This document shows, piece by piece, positions 7,358 through 15,721 of a stretch of DNA of 17,373 bases. The notes beneath the pieces are model-generated. The model worked only from the letters and a program-made list of their open reading frames with translations, did no database searches and had not been told where the DNA came from. Numbering within the stretch: the stretch's first letter is position 1; each line of letters starts with the position of its first letter. A program made the position numbers and the translations under genes. Source of the stretch: Gemmatimonadales bacterium (lineage in GTDB: Bacteria > Gemmatimonadota > Gemmatimonadetes > Gemmatimonadales > GWC2-71-9); the NCBI GenBank assembly GCA_041577295.1, contig JBFGJG010000068.1, positions 1 to 17,373 on the forward strand, in the 5' to 3' direction.

Positions 7358-8476
7358 ATGTCCTTTGTACCGTTCGAGCTCGAACGTTGGCAGAGTACGT
7401 GGGAGAATCGCGTCAGCTACAACCTGTCAGAGAGTGGTGTCCATCCGCTGACGATCTCGGAGCTGCTCGCGATGGCGGGTGAAGAGCCCGACGCGTTGCT
7501 GTCATTGCGCATGGTTTACAGCCAATCGGACGGAACCGAGACCTTGCGCCGCGCAATCGCGGCACTGTATCCCGGAGCCGGGCCCGAGGAGATCGTCGTC
7601 ACCGTTGGAAGCTCCGAAGCGAACTTCGTGGTGTGCTGGACGCTCATCGAGCGTGACGACCGCGTGACCATCCTGACGCCCACGTACCGGCAGACATGGG
7701 GACTCGCGCACAACTTCGGCGCGCGCGTGACGGAGCTTCCCCTCGAGTACGAGCTGGGATGGGAACCGGACACCTCCCGGCTCGAGGAGACGATCCCGGA
7801 CGGGACCAAGCTGGTCGTACTCACCAACCCCAATAACCCTACGGGACACGTCTTATCGGAGGCGTCGCGCCGTGCGCTCCTCGCGCGAATCCAGCACGTC
7901 GGTGCCTGGCTGCTCGCCGATGAGGTGTATCAGGGTGCCGAGCGGAACGGACACACCACGCCTTCCGTTTGGGGCCCGTACGACCGCACCATCGTCGTGA
8001 ATGGCCTCTCCAAAGCCTACGGCTTACCTGGATTGCGTATCGGATGGATCGTGGGACCTCGCGCGTTTCGGGATGCGGTGGTCGCCCGCCACGACTACAC
8101 CGTCATCGGCCCAAGTCCCGTGAGCGACTTTTTGGCAATCCGTGCACTGGCGGTCCGCGACCAAATTCTCGCACGCACTCGTGGGATTCTGAACACGAAC
8201 TATCCGATCCTTGCCGCGTGGCTCAACAAGTTCGGTACGTTGTTTGACTGGCGGGAGCCGGCGTGCGGAGCGATCTGTCTCGCGCGCTACCGCCACCCCC
8301 TGTCCGCTTTGGATCTCGTAGCGCGCGTGCGCGCCGGAAACAACATCCTGCTCGTTCCAGGCGAGCATTTCGGACTGCCGCACCACTTGCGTCTGGGATT
8401 TGGAAACGAGACGTCTGAGCTGCGCCGTGCACTCGGCGATCTCGAGCCGGCCATTAGCCAGCACCTGATGGACTGA
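7358..8476 (+). CDS. PLP-dependent aminotransferase class I/II
   Basis: GGAGG RBS at 7348-7352. Motifs YNLSESG, LTNPNNPTG, LLADEVY, NGLSKAYGLPGLRIGW (PLP lysine), LLVPGEHF, LRLGFG. Confidence 0.95.
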   Translation: MSFVPFELERWQSTWENRVSYNLSESGVHPLTISELLAMAGEEPDALLSLRMVYSQSDGTETLRRAIAALYPGAGPEEIVVTVGSSEANFVVCWTLIERDDRVTILTPTYRQTWGLAHNFGARVTELPLEYELGWEPDTSRLEETIPDGTKLVVLTNPNNPTGHVLSEASRRALLARIQHVGAWLLADEVYQGAERNGHTTPSVWGPYDRTIVVNGLSKAYGLPGLRIGWIVGPRAFRDAVVARHDYTVIGPSPVSDFLAIRALAVRDQILARTRGILNTNYPILAAWLNKFGTLFDWREPACGAICLARYRHPLSALDLVARVRAGNNILLVPGEHFGLPHHLRLGFGNETSELRRALGDLEPAISQHLMD

Positions 8477-8497
8477 CGTACCGGCAGCCCACGGCGG

Positions 8498-10708
8498 TCA
8501 CGGTTGCAAGCTGAACGGCGCCGCCGAGAGTTTGAGGTTTTCGTCCAGCCACGCGGTCAACAAGTGGTACAGGTTCACGCGCGTCGTGGACCCCGCGATG
8601 CTGTGCGTCTTATTAGGGTACAGACGCATATCAAACTGCTTTCCCGCTTGCTCCAGTCGGTGGATGAGCTGTGTGGTGTTCTGCGGGTGCACGTTGTCGT
8701 CGCCGGTACCGTGGACGACGAGTAGCTCTCCAGTGAGATCGTTCACGAAGGTGAGCGGCGCACCCCGCTCGTATCCATCCAAATTCTCGCGGGGGGTTCG
8801 CATGTACCGTTCGGTGTAGATCGTATCGTACAGTCTCCAATCCGTTACTGGCGCCACGGAGATCGCCGCCCGAAACGTCGCGCCACCCCGAAACTGTGCG
8901 AGCAGCGACATGTATCCCCCGTAGCTCCATCCCCAGATCCCAATACGGCTTTCGTCTACGTAGGGCAGCGAACCGAGATACTGTGCCGCCGCGATTTGAT
9001 CTTCCGTCTCCAACTGACCGAGTTTGAGATAGGTCCCCTTCTTGAAATCTCGGCCGCGGCCCCCGGTACCCCGGTTGTCGACGCTGGCAACGAGAAACCC
9101 CTGCTGGGCAAGGAGCTGATGCCACAGGTACCGGGTTCCACCCCACCGATCCATCACCGTCTGGGAGCCGGGTCCCCCGTAGACATACATGAGCAACGGA
9201 TACTGAGAGCTGGGGTCGAAATCTGGCGGCCTGATCATGAACGCATTGAGCTCATCACCCGCGTGACCGGGAACCGTCATGAATTCGGGGGGTGACAGCT
9301 CCAGCCTAGCGAGCCGAGCTGGTAACGCGCCGCTGCCGTCGATCGCACGGATGAGACGTCCATCTGCTTGGCGGAGCGTCCGCTCCGGTGGAAGCGATGC
9401 GGTCGAAAATGTTTCGACATACAGATCGTGCTCCGGGTTGAACACGGCGGTGTGCCATCCCCCGTCGGCAGATAAACGCTCGAGTTCCAATCCGTCGAGC
9501 GACGCACGATACACGTGATGCGTGAGCGGCCCCTCCCCATGTCCCGCGAAGTAGGCGACCTGGTCTTGCTCATTGACTCCATAGACCTCCGTGACGTCCC
9601 AGAGTCCCGGCGTCACACGATAGCGGAGCCCGGCATCCCGATCGAAGACGAACAGCTGTCGATAGCCATCTCGCTCGCTTGGGAAGAGGAACTGACGGCC
9701 GTCATCAAACCAGACGGGAACGCTCGCGTCGACCCAGGCGGAGTCTCGGTCGGTCATGAGTACACGCGAGCTCCCAGTGCGGGAATCCGCGAGCAGAAGA
9801 TCCAACTGGTTCTGGTGACGGTTCAACCGGGTCAGCCACAGATCACCAGATGCCGTGAACCCCCCTTCGGCGATGTAGATGTCGCGATCCGAACCCAAGT
9901 CGATCCAAGTGGTCCGTCTCGACGAAATCGTAATGACGCCGATGCGCACCTCTGAGTTGGGCGTCCCCGCCTTCGGGTAGCGCACGGTCACCAGCTCGGG
10001 ATACAGCGATGTCTCATCGAGCATGAAAAACGGTTGGATTGCCGACTGGTCGAATCGCCAGAACGCGATCCTCGTTCCGTCGGGGCTGAACCGGTAGGCG
10101 TCGCGAAGGCGGAATTCCTCCTCGTACACCCAGTCCGTGGTTCCATTGATGACGTCCTCGCCCCCGTCATGTGTCAGTTGCAGTTCCAGAGCGCTGCTGA
10201 GGTCGTGTACGAAGAGATTGTTATCTCGCACGAAGCCGATGTAGCGGCCGTCGGGCGAGAACTTGGCGAAGAGCTGGAAGCCCGGTAGCGTGCTCAACGG
10301 CGTCAGGGTCTTGCGGGAGAAATCCCACAGGTAGTACTCCCCCTTTGTGTTGCGCCGCCAGACACGCTGCGAGTTGGTGAAGATCAGGAGCAGGGAGTCC
10401 GTTGGTGAGAACTGATACTCTTCGATGGTGATCGGCCGGGTGCGACCGCCGGGAACCAGATCGCGCCCTCGGACCAGCGTGTCACGGCGTCCAGTCCGTG
10501 CTTCGACCCGGATCAAATCGGTGGCGCCTCGACCGTCACGTTCCACGAGGGTGAAGTGCGTGCCATCTGCCGTCCACTGTAACGACGGGAGGTCGTCGGA
10601 GAACGCGGACGACCCAAAGATGGCCTCGACGGTCAACTGTGGAGTCTGCGCGTGCAGCGACGCGCCGAACGCGAGTAGCGTTGAGACTAAAAAGCTCGAT
10701 CGTATCAT
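8498..10708 (-). CDS. S9B family dipeptidyl peptidase IV (secreted)
   Basis: Signal peptide (ASLHA|Q); DWVYEEE double-Glu motif; YPKAGTPN; YGGPGSQ; nucleophile GWSYGG; HGTGDDNVH; NKTHSI (Ser-Asp-His triad). Confidence 0.96.
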   Translation of the reverse strand: MIRSSFLVSTLLAFGASLHAQTPQLTVEAIFGSSAFSDDLPSLQWTADGTHFTLVERDGRGATDLIRVEARTGRRDTLVRGRDLVPGGRTRPITIEEYQFSPTDSLLLIFTNSQRVWRRNTKGEYYLWDFSRKTLTPLSTLPGFQLFAKFSPDGRYIGFVRDNNLFVHDLSSALELQLTHDGGEDVINGTTDWVYEEEFRLRDAYRFSPDGTRIAFWRFDQSAIQPFFMLDETSLYPELVTVRYPKAGTPNSEVRIGVITISSRRTTWIDLGSDRDIYIAEGGFTASGDLWLTRLNRHQNQLDLLLADSRTGSSRVLMTDRDSAWVDASVPVWFDDGRQFLFPSERDGYRQLFVFDRDAGLRYRVTPGLWDVTEVYGVNEQDQVAYFAGHGEGPLTHHVYRASLDGLELERLSADGGWHTAVFNPEHDLYVETFSTASLPPERTLRQADGRLIRAIDGSGALPARLARLELSPPEFMTVPGHAGDELNAFMIRPPDFDPSSQYPLLMYVYGGPGSQTVMDRWGGTRYLWHQLLAQQGFLVASVDNRGTGGRGRDFKKGTYLKLGQLETEDQIAAAQYLGSLPYVDESRIGIWGWSYGGYMSLLAQFRGGATFRAAISVAPVTDWRLYDTIYTERYMRTPRENLDGYERGAPLTFVNDLTGELLVVHGTGDDNVHPQNTTQLIHRLEQAGKQFDMRLYPNKTHSIAGSTTRVNLYHLLTAWLDENLKLSAAPFSLQP

Positions 10709-10752
10709 GGGCTTCAGGAAGACAAAGACGGGCGAAAGCTAGTCGGCCCTCC

Positions 10753-13452
10753 TCAGAATCCGAAACCGGCACCGGCGTAGAGGGCCACTGTCTCGCGACT
10801 GCGGGCCACACCAAGGCTCACAGTATTGGCACGCGTGAGTAGTGAGATCCACACACCCCCTCCACCCGCCGCGTGCCACCGGTCGGACGTCTCACCTTCG
10901 AAGAAAACGCGACCCACGTCGGCGAATCCAAACACGCCGACTTCACCGGGGACAATTACCGACATGCGCGATACCGGGAGGCGCAGCTCCCCACTCCCAA
11001 AGAGCGCACCGTCTCCCGCGAACCGTTGTGTCCGGAAACCACGAAGATTGGTCGCCCCGCCGAGAAATGCCGCTTCGAAGAAGGGAAAGTCACCCCACAC
11101 TTTTTCCCCACCGACGCGAACCGCGAATGTCGGCGCGCGGTCGCTTCCTCCCGGAGTGAAATACGTTCGGGCCTCGGCAATGACCTTACCAAAGGCGATG
11201 TCCGCACTCAGCACCGGTGGGACCAGCTGTCCTGTTGTCTCCAACAGGAGGCCACGGTTCGGCGCGATGACCCGGTCCCTCGAGTCGTAGCGCAACGTGG
11301 CGGACACCCCGAGCTGGGCAAAGGTATTGATGCCCACGGGGCGGAGTTGCCCAACCACCTGGTTGGGATCAGGCTCGGTGCGGGAGATTTTGACTATCGG
11401 GCCGAATGCGAGCGACAGCGAGGGCGGTGGCACGTCGGTTTCGGGCTGGGAGGTCGTTATCCCACGCGCTCTGGGGCCCCACAGCAAGACCGTCAACGAG
11501 GGCGTGAATGCGTACTGCTCCTGCCGGACAGCTGTCTGGTCGTCGTCGAGATTCGGAGACTCATTCCCGAATCCGTGAAAGTTGATGATCTCGATACCCG
11601 ACGCCCGCAGCACGATCGCCCCCTCGAGGTTGTGTGACAGTGACGGCGACTCCAGCCGAACCTCGCCCCGAGCGCGTCCAGCTGCAAAGGCGTACCCACC
11701 ACGCAGCGAGAGCCGGTACTTGAACGGGGCCTTGCGAAAACCGTACGTGTAGAGCACGGTGCCGCCGCCCAAGAACAACCCGACGTCTGGTTCGGCACCC
11801 ACCCACACCGCCGGCCGCCACCAGGACCCCCAGTTCCGCTCGTGCAGACCAAACGCGTCGCCGGGACCCGGGGCGGCGAATCGTTCATTGGCCAGATCAC
11901 GCGTCCGTTCCTCACGGTCAACCGCCGTTCGCGGACCGGTCACGAACACGTTGTCACCTCGAGCATCGTAAAATCTCGTCTGTCGCGCAGCGCTCCGCAC
12001 GAGCGACGAATCGATCAGCTCGTCGTCTCCTCCGCCACCAACCACGTGAATCAGGATGCTGCGCTCGACATCTCCCTGCACCACGACGCGATCATCACCA
12101 CCGTGCATGAACACCCGGATCTCTTTCGTTTCCCCCCTGTGAAACAGGCGCCGCATGTACCGGTCGTCTTCGGTCACGTCACGCCGCCTCCGTCGTCGAT
12201 AGATCCGCACCTCGACGTCATCCTGCAGACGGGCAATGAACGCCACTTCGTCGCGGTCGGTAGCATGGATGTCGACGTACTCTGCGAGCAGCCGATAATA
12301 CTCCTGTGCCATGCGTACCAGGCCGTCTCGGCGCACCTTGAGTAGCCGCTCCAGCTCGGCACCCTGCTGTGCGTAGTGCGGTGCGGGCATCCGCCGTACC
12401 GCCGCTTCGATCACCGAATCCGTAAGTCGGTTGGCCAGCGCAGTCGCGACGGAGTCCCACGCAGCTTTTTCGATCTCCACAAGCATCCGACGATCCAGCT
12501 CGCGACCGTTCCACGTTGCCCACACCAGGTTTGGATAGTCTTCCCCGAAGGACACGAACTGCGGAACCCAAAAACGCGACACGGTGGTCATGGCGCCACC
12601 GAGCTTGAAGAACGCCTGGTCCCGGTCTCTGGGAATGGCGCGCCAGCTGTTGATGTCGCCACGATCGAAACGCGCCCAGCGCCACTGGTCCGCGTGACGA
12701 TCACGGTCTCCCAAATACAGATCCATCAGACGCGCGGCCAAGAAGTCGCGCGCATCCACCCGATTCTTCGGACTGTTCTCGAGACGATCGAACAGACGCT
12801 CAGTGCCAACGATTCTGCTCGACTCGGCGAACCCGGGCTCGTTGTCCTCCGCCTCATCTGGACGCTCCTCGAGGATCGCCAACATCCCGGCGAACTCCTC
12901 ACGGAATTCGCCGAGCGCAGGGGTGTCCGGCATGACCAGCAGATGGGGCTCGGCGTGCAACACGCCCGCGGCCGCGAGCAACGGATCCACTACGAGCGCC
13001 GCGTCGGGATGCTGGGCACTAATCTGATCTTGGACGATGTCGTCGACGAACGTGCCGCGAAGCAGCGAAGGGAGACCCCGTGAAGGGTCTTTATCGACGG
13101 AGCGAAACACGAACCGGCGCCCGTCCGCCGACTCCAAATGCAACGACGTCGTCTGACCAAAACCACCGCGCTTGAGCGGCCGAAGCCCTCCGGCAAAGGT
13201 TTCCAGATTCAGCGTGGGAACTTCGATAGGGGTAGTCCACAGGTCGCGGTATCCGGAGCCGAGCATCGCCCGGTGCAGCCATCCCGCGGCATACTTTTCT
13301 CCGGGTGTCACACGGACGGTTCGCGCATCCTCCGACTGCTCAGTTGACGCGTTGCCTTGGGCGGACCCCACTGCAACCACGCCGGCGAGCAATACGTGCA
13401 CGACGAACAGCGAGCACCACGCGCGCGCGGCGCTCGCACCGACCGCCGTCAC
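10753..13452 (-). CDS. Omp85 (BamA/TamA)-family outer-membrane beta-barrel protein with an N-terminal atypical kinase-like domain
   Basis: C-terminal barrel with LGGATNLRGF (Omp85 loop-6 (V/L)RG(F/Y) motif), FADVGRVF and terminal YAGAGFGF. N-terminal region has GGFGQT, DRDRHADQWRW and IPRDRDQAF. Start placed at GTG 13452, just after the upstream stop and before a signal-like segment (RAWCSLFVVHVLLAGVVAVGSAQG); the track start at 13644 overlaps the upstream gene by about 180 nt. Confidence 0.85.
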   Translation of the reverse strand: MTAVGASAARAWCSLFVVHVLLAGVVAVGSAQGNASTEQSEDARTVRVTPGEKYAAGWLHRAMLGSGYRDLWTTPIEVPTLNLETFAGGLRPLKRGGFGQTTSLHLESADGRRFVFRSVDKDPSRGLPSLLRGTFVDDIVQDQISAQHPDAALVVDPLLAAAGVLHAEPHLLVMPDTPALGEFREEFAGMLAILEERPDEAEDNEPGFAESSRIVGTERLFDRLENSPKNRVDARDFLAARLMDLYLGDRDRHADQWRWARFDRGDINSWRAIPRDRDQAFFKLGGAMTTVSRFWVPQFVSFGEDYPNLVWATWNGRELDRRMLVEIEKAAWDSVATALANRLTDSVIEAAVRRMPAPHYAQQGAELERLLKVRRDGLVRMAQEYYRLLAEYVDIHATDRDEVAFIARLQDDVEVRIYRRRRRRDVTEDDRYMRRLFHRGETKEIRVFMHGGDDRVVVQGDVERSILIHVVGGGGDDELIDSSLVRSAARQTRFYDARGDNVFVTGPRTAVDREERTRDLANERFAAPGPGDAFGLHERNWGSWWRPAVWVGAEPDVGLFLGGGTVLYTYGFRKAPFKYRLSLRGGYAFAAGRARGEVRLESPSLSHNLEGAIVLRASGIEIINFHGFGNESPNLDDDQTAVRQEQYAFTPSLTVLLWGPRARGITTSQPETDVPPPSLSLAFGPIVKISRTEPDPNQVVGQLRPVGINTFAQLGVSATLRYDSRDRVIAPNRGLLLETTGQLVPPVLSADIAFGKVIAEARTYFTPGGSDRAPTFAVRVGGEKVWGDFPFFEAAFLGGATNLRGFRTQRFAGDGALFGSGELRLPVSRMSVIVPGEVGVFGFADVGRVFFEGETSDRWHAAGGGGVWISLLTRANTVSLGVARSRETVALYAGAGFGF

Positions 13453-13465
13453 GCGACGTCGCGTA

Positions 13466-14614
13466 TCAGTCCAACCAGGTCGAGAACGCTTCGTCACCGG
13501 TGCCATCGCTTGCGACCACGAAAACACCCAGCCGGACCCGGCCACCTTTGAGGAGATCGAGCCGGACGAACCCCTCTGCCGATGCGGCGAACAGGGTTTC
13601 GTCCTTCCAATACGCGGGATTGGCGTGACGAAAAATGCCGGCACCGCTCACAACGAGGTACGAGGAGGGACCGTACTGCATGACCTGCAGGTTGTGCTCG
13701 TGACCCGCCGCGTAAACCAGTGGAGGCTGCCCTGAGAACGCCGAGCGCAGCGAGTCTCGAAAGGTCCGGTAGACCGATGAGGTGAGGTCCTGCTTCTTGA
13801 CACCGAGCTTGCGGGATACCGGGTAGACCGAGCCAATCACGGGGAGCGGGATCCACAGCCACGGTGACAGCTTGCGCAACGGGAAGATGTGCCACTGCCA
13901 CCCAAAGTGGCCGCCGTGTGGACCGCCAGATTCCAAGGGATGGTGCCCGACGACGATGCTGTGGCGATCGTTGGCGGCAGCGAGAATTGCCCGCACCGAG
14001 TCGGTGACCTGCCCCATTGTCCGCCCCGCGCAGACCGAACTGTCCGTGGTCGTGCCATCGGATTCGCGCTGAAACCACCACTGGGTATCCAGCACCACCA
14101 GCTGTCCCGTCATCCCAACCTCGACCACGTCAGGACCTGGACATCCCGCCTGCGGCAGGAAAAAAGCCAGCCCTGCGCCCCGTTCCTGGAGAAACCGCGC
14201 CTGTCGGGTCACACCGGTGAGACCGTGCTCCCAGTCGTGGTTCCCAGGTAGGAAGTATCCCCGCGCACCGCTGGCGCGAAGCACGGCCACCTGATCGTCG
14301 AGGCGGCGCGCGTATTCCCTGTACTTGGGATGCGTAGAATCGGGAAGGCCGCTCGGATACAGGTTGTCGCCGAGGAACACGACGATCGACCGCTCGGGCC
14401 GGCGGGCGATCTCACGCTCGAGTGCCACGAGCACTGGTTCGTGCCCGGCCTTCGGCTCGCCAGCATCACCGATGAGAAAGACGGAGACGTCGACGGCCTC
14501 CGCCGCCGCTGCGGGCACCGGCGCAACAGCGGGAGGTCGTCCACCACACGCCACACACACCAGCAGGGTCGGCACCACCCACCCGGCGATCCGCCTCTCG
14601 CCATGCTGCATCAT
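13466..14614 (-). CDS. Calcineurin-like metallophosphoesterase of purple-acid-phosphatase type, predicted lipoprotein
   Basis: All five metal-ligand motifs in order: GDAG (DxG), GDNLY (GDxxY), GNHD, VVGHH, GHEH. Signal peptide ends LLVCVAC|GG (lipobox-like Cys23). ATGA overlap with the upstream stop (14611-14614). Confidence 0.92.
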   Translation of the reverse strand: MMQHGERRIAGWVVPTLLVCVACGGRPPAVAPVPAAAAEAVDVSVFLIGDAGEPKAGHEPVLVALEREIARRPERSIVVFLGDNLYPSGLPDSTHPKYREYARRLDDQVAVLRASGARGYFLPGNHDWEHGLTGVTRQARFLQERGAGLAFFLPQAGCPGPDVVEVGMTGQLVVLDTQWWFQRESDGTTTDSSVCAGRTMGQVTDSVRAILAAANDRHSIVVGHHPLESGGPHGGHFGWQWHIFPLRKLSPWLWIPLPVIGSVYPVSRKLGVKKQDLTSSVYRTFRDSLRSAFSGQPPLVYAAGHEHNLQVMQYGPSSYLVVSGAGIFRHANPAYWKDETLFAASAEGFVRLDLLKGGRVRLGVFVVASDGTGDEAFSTWLD

Positions 14615-15681
14615 GTTACCAGCTTCCGCAGCCCCTTCATCGACTTCAGCTCGAGTGCCCGAATCGCGTCATCCCCCTGCAACCGATCGAGCAGGTCTCC
14701 CACCGCAGCGGACTTTTTGAACCGAATGAGGTACTCCAACACCTGAGTCCCATCGCGACCCGGGAGTGTCTCGACCAACTGCCACCGCTTCGCGTAGTCG
14801 TCGATGACGTCTTCGACGCGGTCCTCCGCCTCTTCGACGTCCCCAGCGTGTACGAGGAGCAAATGCTTGAACTTTTGCTTCTCCCTCAGGGCATCAGCCC
14901 GCACATGTTGCTCCAGCCGGCTGGACACCGCTGCGATCCGATCCATCTCATCATTCGCCAACGGCGCGGTCAGCAAAGGATCTCCAACAACGATCGGTCG
15001 TTCGGGGTCTCCCGGGGTCAGCGCCTGCGACAGCATTTGGGGTCCAGTGGGCACGACGGAGGCCACACCCACCTCGCCGATTTCAAACTGCCACAGCCCA
15101 ATCACGACCATACAAAAGACGAGCGACATGACCAGCGCGAGCAGCCACGCTTGCATCCCAGAGGCGAGACCCAATCCAATCGCGACGAAGGCGAACACCG
15201 CGTCTTTTACGTCTTTGAACGTGGTGCGGAAGCGGACCGCGGCGACGATCCCCGCCAACGCGAAGGCGAGTGCCAGCTCGCCACGCACGAGCAGCACGAC
15301 GCCTCCAACGGCCAGCGGCAACATCACGATCATCTGGACGACGGACTTTTCGTATCCCTCGTCCGCTTTGGTCTCGGTATAGGTCCACGCGACGGGGATG
15401 GCAAAGATGAGGCCACCGAGCATGGCGAGCGCGCCGAGGATGGCGGTGTTGGCCAGCGGACCCAACTGCGAACTGAGCGCACGAGGCGGTAACAGCGTCT
15501 GTTCGCCCAAGCGCGCGGCCGGTGCCGCCTGTTGCAGGTCGAGCGATAGCATCTGCTGGAACCCGGGAAACACTTGCACCAGGGCGACCATGAGCACGGT
15601 CACCAGGACGTAATAGGCCAACAGTCGCACCAGGAACGCACTCACGCCTCGCACACGAGAAACCGCATTCATTTGCGTCAT
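14611..15681 (-). CDS. DUF4956-domain integral membrane protein
   Basis: Several TM helices containing LALAFALAGIVAAVRFRTTFKDVKDAVFAFVAIGLGLASG, which matches the AF.L.G....VRFR...KD signature I recognise for DUF4956. Soluble C-terminal domain. Confidence 0.82.
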   Translation of the reverse strand: MTQMNAVSRVRGVSAFLVRLLAYYVLVTVLMVALVQVFPGFQQMLSLDLQQAAPAARLGEQTLLPPRALSSQLGPLANTAILGALAMLGGLIFAIPVAWTYTETKADEGYEKSVVQMIVMLPLAVGGVVLLVRGELALAFALAGIVAAVRFRTTFKDVKDAVFAFVAIGLGLASGMQAWLLALVMSLVFCMVVIGLWQFEIGEVGVASVVPTGPQMLSQALTPGDPERPIVVGDPLLTAPLANDEMDRIAAVSSRLEQHVRADALREKQKFKHLLLVHAGDVEEAEDRVEDVIDDYAKRWQLVETLPGRDGTQVLEYLIRFKKSAAVGDLLDRLQGDDAIRALELKSMKGLRKLVT

Positions 15682-15721
15682 GTTGAACGCCCGCCGGTTG
15701 TCGGTTGTTCCAATGGTGGGG

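Noticed and set aside
7358..8476. Aminotransferase as part of a secondary-metabolite cluster
   Set aside because: No NRPS, PKS or tailoring genes in the window; the substrate cannot be assigned from sequence.
13466..13644. Programmed frameshift or sequencing error fusing the phosphatase to the Omp85 protein
   Set aside because: The Omp85 frame is open into the upstream gene, but that extension looks like shadow sequence. The phosphatase ends naturally and the downstream protein has its own signal-like segment after GTG 13452.
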